13,048 bases of DNA, taken from the IMG/VR virus record IMGVR_UViG_2675903352_000012. One strand, given 5' to 3'. Within the stretch, counting starts at the first letter, position 1. Every line of letters starts with the position of its first letter. The stretch comes from a virus. Its lineage: Duplodnaviria > Heunggongvirae > Uroviricota > Caudoviricetes. This document shows, piece by piece, positions 1 to 7,635 of this stretch. Below the pieces are notes generated by a model that was not told the DNA's origin, did not search any database, and saw only the letters and a program-made list of their open reading frames with translations. The position numbers were made by a program, and so were the translations under genes.

Positions 1-18
1 TCACGCCGCATCCGGCAT
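1..18. repeat. REP-like (repetitive extragenic palindromic) element, cut by the window edge
   Basis: Reverse complement of 1-18 is ATGCCGGATGCGGCGTGA, which matches the enterobacterial REP core GCCGGATGCGGCGTGA as I recall it. Only part of the element is inside the window. Confidence 0.45.
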
Positions 19-216
19 GAACAAAGCGCACGTTGTCTGGCCCCTTGCGGGTAAACGCGCCTGCCACAGTTTTTCACCGTTGCTCATGTTGTAAGCGCGC
101 AGGTAGTTATCTGCTGTAGCGGCGATAAACAGCACATTACCCGCAGTAGAGATCGGCCCGCCCAGCATCGGCATTCCCATATTGAACGGTACCGGAACGG
201 GCATCGGGAACGGCAT
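1..216 (-). pseudogene. Short ORF resembling an internal/C-terminal piece of PQQ-dependent quinoprotein glucose dehydrogenase (gene fragment)
   Basis: The translation (PFPMPVPVPFNMGMPMLGGPISTAGNVLFIAATADNYLRAYNMSNGEKLWQ) resembles the Gcd C-terminal propeller region as I recall it. The ORF is closed by an in-frame stop at 262-264 upstream and ends at 1-3 after about 13 divergent codons that run into the REP sequence, so it is at most about 87 codons and not a full gene. Confidence 0.4.
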
Positions 217-527
217 GCTGTCCTGCGGCGAACCAATGCGTTTCTTTTCACAAATTGAACTTTATTAACGGATTCCGCTTATGAATAGTTTTGCTGGTAT
301 ACTGCATGTCTTGCGCTTTGTTGCGGTGCCGAAACCCGCCCGTGCGAAGTGATTTGTTTTTAAATCATATGGTTAGAGATATGAAACATACTGTAGAAGT
401 AATGTTTTTTATGTTCCTGACTTTTCTAGTGTTTACCCGCTGAATATAAAAATCAATCAAAATCATTATGTTGTAGTGATTTTGTGTTCATGCTCGATTT
501 CATTTTTTCTGGATATTAATATTTCAC

Positions 528-549
528 GTGTATCAATGCGTGTATCAAT
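528..549. promoter_or_regulatory. Tandem 10-bp direct repeat GTGTATCAAT x2 just upstream of the integrase start
   Basis: GTGTATCAAT occurs at 528-537 and 540-549 inside an AT-rich stretch (about 240-558) that precedes the integrase start at 562. Candidate operator or recombinase-binding element; function not established. Confidence 0.3.
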
Positions 550-561
550 ATCGGAACGGTG

Positions 562-1761
562 ATGATGTCTGGAACGAATAAGCTCAGCGACAGGAAACTA
601 AAGGCGCTGCAAGGAACGCATAGGGATCGTGTTGAAATGCTTGCTGACGGAGAGGGGTTAGGGGTCAGGTTATCAACTAAAGGGCATGTGAGCTGGGTTT
701 TTTCATATCGCCTTGGAGGGCGTGAGAGTTCAGTTATTCGTCTTACTCTAGGGAATTACCCTGATATTAGTCTGAAAGATGCCAGGATGTGGCGTGAGCG
801 TTGCCGTCAATGGTTGGCTAATGGTCTTGATCCAAAAATTGAACTCCAACTTTTTACTGAAGAATCCCGTGCTCCTGTTACTGTTCGAGATGCGTTGGAA
901 TATTGGTTGGTCAATTATGCAAGACATAAGCGCAAAGATGAGGAATTGATTAGGGCGCAATTCTGCAAACATGTCTACCCCAGAATAGGCCATTATCCGT
1001 TATCACGGTGCGATACTCGCCATTGGGTAAAATGTTTTGATGAGATTCGCGCTATAAGTTCAAAAACGGCGGGGCGTATGTTTCAACTCTCCAAGCAGGC
1101 ATTGCGGTTTTGCAATGTTCGGCGTTATGCCATCAGTGATGCCCTTGTTCATTTAACGTTAACCGATGTAGGGGAATCTGCCGGACAGCGCGACCGTGTT
1201 TTGAGTGATGCCGAACTATCAGATCTTTGGTATTTTGCAAAGGAGAAACATCGGGATATTTATTTTTCCAGATTAATAAAGTTGCTTATTGTCTTTGGGG
1301 CTAGAACTGTAGAGATTCGCCGTTCTCATTGGATTGAATGGGATTTTAATGAATGGGTTTGGATTGTTCCAAGAAATAACAGTAAAAGTAACAAAAAGAT
1401 TATTCGGCCAATTCCCGAAGGTATAAGAGACTGGTTAAAAGAGCTAAAACAGGAAACCGGGAGGACGGGCTTACTTTTGGGTGAGGAGAGAACGCATAGA
1501 GCTGTTTCTCTGAAAGGTCGCAGAATGTATAAAATATTCGGGCATAATGAAAAATGGACGCTACACGATTTAAGACGGACATTTTCAACTGGGTTAAACA
1601 ACATGGGGGTAATGCCTCATATTGTCGAGTCATTATTAGGTCACGTATATAATGCTGGCTCCGCAGAATTTAACTATAATCTTAGCCAGTATATCCCATT
1701 CAAATTAAAGGCTCTAAATGACTGGCTTGAATGTTTAGAAAAAATGGTTAAAGATAAATAA
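562..1761 (+). CDS. int: Tyrosine site-specific integrase, P4/CP4-57 type
   Basis: About 400 aa. The N-terminal region has the P4-integrase-like pattern (LSDRKLKAL...GLGVRLSTKG...ISLKDAR), and the C-terminus carries tyrosine-recombinase motifs HDLRRTF and LLGH. The track ORF begins at GTG 559; ATG codons at 562 and 565 are more likely starts. Confidence 0.9.
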   Translation: MMSGTNKLSDRKLKALQGTHRDRVEMLADGEGLGVRLSTKGHVSWVFSYRLGGRESSVIRLTLGNYPDISLKDARMWRERCRQWLANGLDPKIELQLFTEESRAPVTVRDALEYWLVNYARHKRKDEELIRAQFCKHVYPRIGHYPLSRCDTRHWVKCFDEIRAISSKTAGRMFQLSKQALRFCNVRRYAISDALVHLTLTDVGESAGQRDRVLSDAELSDLWYFAKEKHRDIYFSRLIKLLIVFGARTVEIRRSHWIEWDFNEWVWIVPRNNSKSNKKIIRPIPEGIRDWLKELKQETGRTGLLLGEERTHRAVSLKGRRMYKIFGHNEKWTLHDLRRTFSTGLNNMGVMPHIVESLLGHVYNAGSAEFNYNLSQYIPFKLKALNDWLECLEKMVKDK

Positions 1762-1777
1762 TATGTGAGCGAAAAGA

Positions 1778-2356
1778 ATGACGTTACCACTAAGAGATTA
1801 CTATCCTATTGAGCGCGCGGCAAAGTTATTAGACTGCGATATTGATGATCTTATTCATTGGGCTGTGACAGGCTGCATTCGTATTTGTATAAAAATTGAA
1901 TCTGCATATGGAGTATTAAATATCCCAGATGAAAAAGATGTGGTTAATTTCGATTGTCTGCGTAAGTTTATGGATTCAGAACCATGTAAATCACGGTTAT
2001 CTGACCTTGATGCCATTTCAGAAAGGGCGGCAGAACACCATGGTTTTAATTATATAAAAACCAAGTCGAGAATTATATTTGATTCAATGTGCGAATCTTT
2101 AAGTCATTCATATGTAGCGCCCAAATTTGGTGACATAGCAATTGATACCGCATTTGCTTTGTTAAATTATTATAACAGGGGGTTATATTATGGGGAAAAT
2201 TATCACATATATAGTGTATATCGAATAGCAACGGATGAAAGAGCTGTGGCAGTTGTACCACCAGTATTTAAAGGTATTCAAGAAAAATACCATAAGTATT
2301 TTGTTGAAATAGGCGGCATTTTCGCTTTGGGGGGAAGTTTTTTTTGCCAACTATGA
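1778..2356 (+). CDS. Hypothetical protein, low GC; probably the 5' part of a frameshifted gene of about 350 codons
   Basis: ORF of 192 aa directly after the integrase. A second reading frame is open from 2313 to 2831 and overlaps this ORF's end; the overlap contains a G6 tract (2329-2334) and a T8 tract (2338-2345). A 1-nt deletion in either tract would fuse the two frames. Confidence 0.55.
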   Translation: MTLPLRDYYPIERAAKLLDCDIDDLIHWAVTGCIRICIKIESAYGVLNIPDEKDVVNFDCLRKFMDSEPCKSRLSDLDAISERAAEHHGFNYIKTKSRIIFDSMCESLSHSYVAPKFGDIAIDTAFALLNYYNRGLYYGENYHIYSVYRIATDERAVAVVPPVFKGIQEKYHKYFVEIGGIFALGGSFFCQL

Positions 2357-2558
2357 TTTTAATAAGAAGTTTAAGGCTAACCGAATAATTAATGGCAATA
2401 TTATAATTGCTTCTGACGTTGATATACATATAGGAGTAATTGTTACTGAGGATGTTTCTTTTGATATTGGTGATTTATATATCTTAAAGAATGATTTTTT
2501 AAAAATACAAAATGCTACAAGCTCCAATAGCGAGTTAAGAAAAGATTATGTTAATCCA

Positions 2559-2831
2559 TTGGCAGACACTTTATATTTGTGTGCGGGTAACAATATATTA
2601 AGTTCTGAGGATGGAGAGAAAGATATATGCACCAATAAAAACAATATAGAACGATTATCTAAAACAATGAAGGATTTTTTTCGTGCGATGCTTGTTATTC
2701 ATTATAAAGAACTCGAAAACAATCCGGTAAAACTTGCTGATATATTGACCGCGGAAGCAAAAGAGGCAGGACTCAATATGCGCTTTGATAAAAGTACTAT
2801 ATCAAGATGGATTAAGGCATCATCTCAGTAA
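2559..2831 (+). CDS. Hypothetical protein; probably the 3' part of the same frameshifted gene (frame open from 2313)
   Basis: The track ORF starts at TTG 2559, but the frame has no stop back to 2313 and the first ATG is not until 2667. Low GC like the upstream ORF. Confidence 0.35.
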   Translation: MADTLYLCAGNNILSSEDGEKDICTNKNNIERLSKTMKDFFRAMLVIHYKELENNPVKLADILTAEAKEAGLNMRFDKSTISRWIKASSQ

Positions 2832-2926
2832 GACCAGCAAGCATCTTAATAAGACCTTTAATACTTGCTTTCAAAACTCCGTAAAACAAAAATCTCCCCC
2901 GAAAGTTCAGAAACATAGGGGGAAAT

Positions 2927-3247
2927 ATGACTCAATCCGCATTCATTCCACCAACTCCAGAACAGCGCCGCACCATACTCGCCGAGTATGGCTTTGACTG
3001 CGAAGAACGCATCAGGGAAGAGAAGTGTAAAAAAATGACCACGCTTTCACGCTCCCGGCGCTGGGAACTGGAGAAGATCGGTGCTTTTCCTCCTCGTCAC
3101 TCTTTGGGGCGTTGCTCATGTACCTGGCTGTTAAGTGATGTTTTGTGGTGGCTACGTAATCCGCCAGTTATTGCCAAAGTGAATAACCCATACGAAAACG
3201 CCAAAAAGAAAAGGGAGAGAGAATCCGGTAGCGCCAGAGTTGAATAA
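2927..3247 (+). CDS. alpA: AlpA-family phage/island transcriptional regulator (excision regulator-like HTH protein)
   Basis: 106 aa. Segment MTTLSRSRRWELEKIGAFPPRHSLGRCSCTWLLSDVLWWL fits the AlpA/Vis-type HTH pattern (LSRST.Y.L...G.FP.P..LG.R...W...EV..W). AGGGGG precedes ATG 2927. Position after the integrase matches CP4-57/P4-like layouts. Confidence 0.75.
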   Translation: MTQSAFIPPTPEQRRTILAEYGFDCEERIREEKCKKMTTLSRSRRWELEKIGAFPPRHSLGRCSCTWLLSDVLWWLRNPPVIAKVNNPYENAKKKRERESGSARVE

Positions 3248-3501
3248 GCGTTGGTGGTTTATTGCGTCCATCACTGGGTGGCAAAACTTACTGATCTGAA
3301 CGTATTGCTACATGTGGGGAAAGGAGGCCAAGTACTGACAGCAGAGCAAAAAAAGAAGCTCGCTAAAGCTAGCGAGCCAACCAGTCAAGGATGTGCATTT
3401 AATGCACCTAAAGTCAGCAATAAGAAGTAATAGGCAGAAATGATTATGGCTTTTTTACTCTTAAAAATCAATCACTCAGCGCAATCGCACAAAAATAATT
3501 T

Positions 3502-3541
3502 GCAATATTGCTTGACTCGCTTTTTTGTCATGGCGTATCGT
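3502..3541 (+). promoter_or_regulatory. Candidate sigma70-like promoter with an adjacent palindrome, upstream of the Icd-like operon
   Basis: TTGACT at 3512-3517, an 18-bp spacer, then TATCGT at 3536-3541. The perfect palindrome GCAATATTGC (3502-3511) abuts the -35 element. Pattern only; not verified. Confidence 0.3.
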
Positions 3542-3793
3542 TTGCCCGCACCTCATAAAGCGGGTGCCGGGTTTGACAGCCTGATTGTTAGAGCGGGTAG
3601 CCGCTATATTTCCGTAATGCGGTTTTTTTGTGCCCGTAATTCCACCCCACCCCGTATTATGGCGGGGCGTAATGGGGGAGCCTTTGCGCTCGCTGGTTTC
3701 TCTAACGCCAGTCTGTCAACCCTGTTACGTCCCGCCACCATGTTTGACAGCGTGCTGGCGAGACTCCGTAAATCAGTTAGAGGAGCCGCCAAA

Positions 3794-3967
3794 ATGGCTA
3801 TATCAACACGCCCTGATTTTATCTGGCGCTTTATGCAGTGCCACGGTAAAAATATCCGCCTTCATACCGTTACCGCTGCCAGTGAGCGCGAAGCGCGCGC
3901 CATGCTTCCGGCATCCCGTCTGGTCTTTGTTGCCCGTATCCGTGTCCGGGAGGCGTGCCATGTTTAA
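3794..3967 (+). CDS. Icd/Kil-like small protein (host cell-division inhibitor-like, P4 kil family)
   Basis: 57-aa product MAISTRPDFIWRFMQCHGKNIRLHTVTAASEREARAMLPASRLVFVARIRV... resembles Icd-like proteins of P4-like prophages as I recall them. GAGGAG (3780-3785) lies 8 nt before ATG 3794. The longer track ORF from 3440 has no such support. Confidence 0.55.
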   Translation: MAISTRPDFIWRFMQCHGKNIRLHTVTAASEREARAMLPASRLVFVARIRVREACHV

Positions 3968-4142
3968 GCTCCTTATCACCCTGATTAACTACCAGAACGG
4001 CGACGTTCGCCAGATGATTCATTCCTGGGAATATCCGACTTATGACGATGCATGGCGTGATGCCTGTCGTATGGCATATTCCCGCAATGACAAACAGGGG
4101 CGATTAACCCACAAATGCGCAGTAAAAATCATGGAGGGGTAA
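3960..4142 (+). CDS. Hypothetical small protein (60 aa)
   Basis: ATG 3960 is preceded by GGGAGG (3948-3953) and overlaps the Icd-like stop by 8 nt, suggesting translational coupling. Corresponds to the 3' part of track ORF 3630..4142. Confidence 0.5.
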   Translation: MFKLLITLINYQNGDVRQMIHSWEYPTYDDAWRDACRMAYSRNDKQGRLTHKCAVKIMEG

Positions 4143-4144
4143 CG

Positions 4145-4333
4145 ATGTACGAGATTCATATTAAATTGCGTAATGTGGTAACAGGAGAGGAAGAAAACTT
4201 CCACACGATACGTAAATATAAATCAAAAGGAAAAGCGGCAAGGGACGCTATCAGGTATACGGAAGAAATTGCGCCGAAATATCAATTGCCAGAAGAAGAA
4301 CTCACAGCATCAGTGGTAAAGGTGAAGAAATGA
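4145..4333 (+). CDS. Hypothetical small protein (62 aa)
   Basis: Internal ATG at 4145 (MYEIHIKL...) is preceded by GGAGGGG and sits 3 nt after the previous stop. Confidence 0.5.
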   Translation: MYEIHIKLRNVVTGEEENFHTIRKYKSKGKAARDAIRYTEEIAPKYQLPEEELTASVVKVKK

Positions 4334-4548
4334 AAAGCCGTTCAATATCCCGTAAAAATAATGGCAGTGGTGAAAAACGTTTCTTTGTGTTGGGTTATGC
4401 CGTTAATAAACGTGGGTTAACCAAACATGCACATGCAACGGTATACGGAACGGGACCGGGCGAAGCCATACGCCGCGCAGCCGAAGGGCTGGAAGAGCTG
4501 GGAATGACACATTTCAAAGCGTTGAAGGTGACGCAGCTTTCCGCCTGA
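4330..4548 (+). CDS. Hypothetical small protein (72 aa)
   Basis: Start overlaps the previous stop (ATGA). Same strand and tight packing with neighbours. Confidence 0.5.
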   Translation: MKSRSISRKNNGSGEKRFFVLGYAVNKRGLTKHAHATVYGTGPGEAIRRAAEGLEELGMTHFKALKVTQLSA

Positions 4549-4615
4549 TTCCCGAATTACCAACTGATAACTGAATTAAATTTATATTTCGATCTTAACG
4601 GGTCGGGGAGTTTTT

Positions 4616-4915
4616 ATGTCTGAAAATCAGAATATCCGCAATATATACAAAAAAGAATACGCTGGTTTTTTCACGGAAGATTCCATTGAGAATCTTGAAG
4701 ATGTAATAAATGTTATTGCGCTCCTTTCAGCATTGACAGGTGAAATTAATACCAGTGAGAGAATGCCAGTGCAAATTAATGAAATGGAATCATTAACTAA
4801 CATTCTTTATCGGGAATTACGAGCGATTAAGTCAGGAATGCATACTTCTGGCGGAATTTTTTCATGGCATAGTGCCGAAACCGCCGGGATTGCCAAAGCA
4901 ATAAGTAACGAGTAA
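4616..4915 (+). CDS. Hypothetical protein (99 aa), low GC, directly upstream of the primase gene
   Basis: GGGGAG lies upstream of ATG 4616. By position it could be an epsilon-like or accessory factor of P4-type left operons, but I recognise no sequence similarity. Confidence 0.5.
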   Translation: MSENQNIRNIYKKEYAGFFTEDSIENLEDVINVIALLSALTGEINTSERMPVQINEMESLTNILYRELRAIKSGMHTSGGIFSWHSAETAGIAKAISNE

Positions 4916-4925
4916 TTAATAAAAA

Positions 4926-4950
4926 CCCCACTGCAAAAGGTGCAGTGGGG
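4926..4950 (+). terminator. Perfect 10-bp stem-loop (possible intrinsic terminator or attenuator) abutting the primase RBS
   Basis: CCCCACTGCA (4926-4935), loop AAAGG, TGCAGTGGGG (4941-4950), followed by TGGAGTTTTATATATG containing the GGAG RBS and ATG 4964. Confidence 0.45.
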
Positions 4951-4963
4951 TGGAGTTTTATAT

Positions 4964-7633
4964 ATGAAATCTGACATCAGAAAAGAGATTATTAACCGTC
5001 TTATCCGTGATTACAACTTCAAAGAAGAAAATAACTACCTCCGGTATGGTGTTTGTCCGCAATGTGGAAAGAAAGAGTTGTTTACCAGCCTTGAAAGGCC
5101 GTACATCGTACACTGTGGGCGCGAAAATAAATGCGGTACAGACCTGCTGACCAAAGAACTTTACCCGGATGTGTTTTCATCATGGTCAGATCGTTATATC
5201 AGCACGAAAGATGAGCCATATGCAGCGGCGGCAGCTTATCTTCAGGAAGCGCGCAATATTGCTGTGGGGCCACTGAAGGGCGCATTTACTCAGGAGCGAT
5301 ACCAGGACAAGGAAAACGGCGAACAGGCCGCTACTGTGCGTTTTACGCTGGCTGACGGCGTGTGGTGGGAGCGCATCATAGACCGACCGGGACGCTTCGC
5401 GCGCAAGGCGAATTTTTCCGGCAGCTACAAGGGGTTGTGGTGGGCTTATCCGGGAGCAGATTTAAGCAAGGCCAAAGAAATCTGGATTTGTGAGGGCATC
5501 TTTGATGCCATCAGCCTTAACCAGAATGGCATTGCGGCCATTTCTGTCATGTCTGCCGTGAACTACCCTGATAAGGCGCTGGAAGAGCTGGCGAAGCTGT
5601 GCGGGGATAATCCCCGTCCGGTTATTGTGTGGGCCCTGGATAACGGGCGTGCGGGTGAACGTTACGCGAAAAAACATGCAGAACGCAGCGCCGAAGACGG
5701 CTGGAGAACGGCAGCGGCGTTGCCAGGTAAAAACAACAATAAACGCGACTGGAATGATTTACACATCGCAGGAAAGCTGCGTGGCCATGATGTGAAAAGA
5801 TACCGTTATTACGGTGATTTATTGCTGGCGAAATCTCCAAGAGATAAGGCACTAATAATGTTTTCCTTTCGTGAGCGGAAGGAATTTCATTTTACTTTTG
5901 ATAACCGTGTTTTCTGGTTCAAGCTGGACATTGAGCGCCATATGAAGGCTGTTGAGCGTGTCATTAATGAGCGAAATGTTGACGAAGACGAAGCGCGCAA
6001 AATTGCACTTAAGGAATCCGGCGCTGTAAAAGAAATCGCAAACTGTAACCCAGTGCCGCTTTATTACATTCGAAACAATGACACGGATGAAGCATGGTAT
6101 TACTTCCGCGTTACATTCCCGGATGGTGCTACGGTGAAAAACACCTTTACATCAGGACAATTAACATCCTCATCTGAATTTAAAAAACGCCTGCTGCACG
6201 TGGCAAAAGGCGGTATTTATACCGGAACGACTACGCAGCTTGACGCATTAATAAAAAATGACCTTCCCGCAATAAAAGAGGTTATTGGTCAGGATTTTAT
6301 CGGATACAACAAGGGAATTGGGGCATGGCTGTTTAATGATATTGCCGTTTACAAGGGTAAAACTTATGAAATCAATGATGAGGATTATTTTGAAATTGAT
6401 GGCATAAACGCAAAACCATTAAGCGAAAAACCCACATTACAGATTAACTACAAAAAACCGGATGAATTTACAGCGTCCTGGGTGGAAGATCTCTGGCTGG
6501 CTTTTGGTGAAAAGGGAATTATTACCCTGGCTTTCTGGTTGGGCTCCCTGTTCAGCGAACAAATCCGGGATAAAGAAGAATCCTTCCCCTTCCTTGAAGT
6601 CACCGGGGAGCCCGGAACGGGTAAATCAACACTGATTGATTTTTGCTGGCGGCTGTGCGGTCGTGACAACTATGAAGGCGTTGATCCAACCAAAGGATCA
6701 GAGGCGGGCTGGAAGCGCACCTTTGGACAGGTCGCCGGATTACCTGTTGTTCTGATTGAAGCGGACCGGGGAGACAATGCGCAAAAAAGAGGTGCGTTTG
6801 ACTTCGATAACCTGAAAAGTCTCTATAACGGCGGCGGTATCGGCGTTCGTGGTGTTAAGGCCAACAATAACAACACCTATGATCCGGATTTTAAGGGCGC
6901 TATCGTGATTGCGCAGAATGCGCGGGTAAACGCCTCTCCGGCAATTATTGAGCGTCTGATACGCATATACACCGATAAAAAACGCCATTCACCTGATACC
7001 CGCCTGGCGGCGAGACGGCTGGAACTTTACCCCGTCGAGAAGGTATCTGGGTTTATTCACCGGGCGGTAAGTCAGGAACGGGCGATTATGCAAACGTTCC
7101 TGGAAGTATCTCCAGTTGAAACGGAGCGCCTTTGCGGATGCGAAAATATTCGCCATCCCCGCATCGCCAAAAATCACGCACAACTTATCGCGCTGGTCAG
7201 GGCGCTGAAATGCGTTATTGATATCCCGGATGAATGGCTTGATGCCACATGTCTGGAACTGGAACAAATGGCAACAGCGCAGGTTAAAGCGGCGGCGGCT
7301 GATTTACCGGAAGTGATGGAGTTCTGGGAGGCGTTCGACTTCCTGGACGGCATAACAAAATACGGTGTAAACCACTACGGCAAGGGATGCCGCGAGGGGA
7401 TTGCTATCAGTATTCCGCAACTGGCACAGGCTGCCGCTATTCACCGCGTGGAGATCCGAACTGACCGCGAAATGATTGAGTTGCTCGGAGCCGGACGTTC
7501 CCGACCTTTGACAGGCCGCAAAACCATTCGTAGTGAGGTCTCCAGACAGGCAAACGCCGGAAGAGGGGTCGCCGAGGCCAGAGAGCCGGAAGTACTGAAA
7601 TGCCGGATATTCAGTTACAAGGAGGGGCGTTAA
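4964..7633 (+). CDS. Bifunctional replication protein: zinc-finger/TOPRIM primase fused to a P-loop helicase (P4 alpha-like)
   Basis: About 889 aa. N-terminal CPQCGKKE...HCGRENKCG zinc-binding motif; TOPRIM-like IWICEGIFDAISL and ALDNGRAGER; Walker A GEPGTGKST and Walker B-like VVLIEAD in the C-terminal half. Start taken at ATG 4964 (GGAG RBS) rather than the track's 4940. Confidence 0.85.
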   Translation: MKSDIRKEIINRLIRDYNFKEENNYLRYGVCPQCGKKELFTSLERPYIVHCGRENKCGTDLLTKELYPDVFSSWSDRYISTKDEPYAAAAAYLQEARNIAVGPLKGAFTQERYQDKENGEQAATVRFTLADGVWWERIIDRPGRFARKANFSGSYKGLWWAYPGADLSKAKEIWICEGIFDAISLNQNGIAAISVMSAVNYPDKALEELAKLCGDNPRPVIVWALDNGRAGERYAKKHAERSAEDGWRTAAALPGKNNNKRDWNDLHIAGKLRGHDVKRYRYYGDLLLAKSPRDKALIMFSFRERKEFHFTFDNRVFWFKLDIERHMKAVERVINERNVDEDEARKIALKESGAVKEIANCNPVPLYYIRNNDTDEAWYYFRVTFPDGATVKNTFTSGQLTSSSEFKKRLLHVAKGGIYTGTTTQLDALIKNDLPAIKEVIGQDFIGYNKGIGAWLFNDIAVYKGKTYEINDEDYFEIDGINAKPLSEKPTLQINYKKPDEFTASWVEDLWLAFGEKGIITLAFWLGSLFSEQIRDKEESFPFLEVTGEPGTGKSTLIDFCWRLCGRDNYEGVDPTKGSEAGWKRTFGQVAGLPVVLIEADRGDNAQKRGAFDFDNLKSLYNGGGIGVRGVKANNNNTYDPDFKGAIVIAQNARVNASPAIIERLIRIYTDKKRHSPDTRLAARRLELYPVEKVSGFIHRAVSQERAIMQTFLEVSPVETERLCGCENIRHPRIAKNHAQLIALVRALKCVIDIPDEWLDATCLELEQMATAQVKAAAADLPEVMEFWEAFDFLDGITKYGVNHYGKGCREGIAISIPQLAQAAAIHRVEIRTDREMIELLGAGRSRPLTGRKTIRSEVSRQANAGRGVAEAREPEVLKCRIFSYKEGR

Positions 7634-7635
7634 AC

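Noticed and set aside
240-558. tRNA or tmRNA gene at the integrase-proximal junction
   Set aside because: The stretch is AT-rich and I could find no cloverleaf-compatible segment or CCA-type 3' end.
2785-2997. Track ORF 2785..2997 (+, 70 aa) bridging the split gene and alpA
   Set aside because: It overlaps both neighbours out of frame, its translation is lysine/histidine-rich, and the alpA start at 2927 has a clear RBS that this ORF would run through.
3440-4142. Long overlapping track ORFs 3440..3967 (175 aa) and 3630..4142 (170 aa)
   Set aside because: Their 5' portions lie over the structured non-coding region with no RBS, and they overlap each other in different frames. Only the 3' segments (3794-3967 and 3960-4142) have Shine-Dalgarno sequences and gene-like packing.
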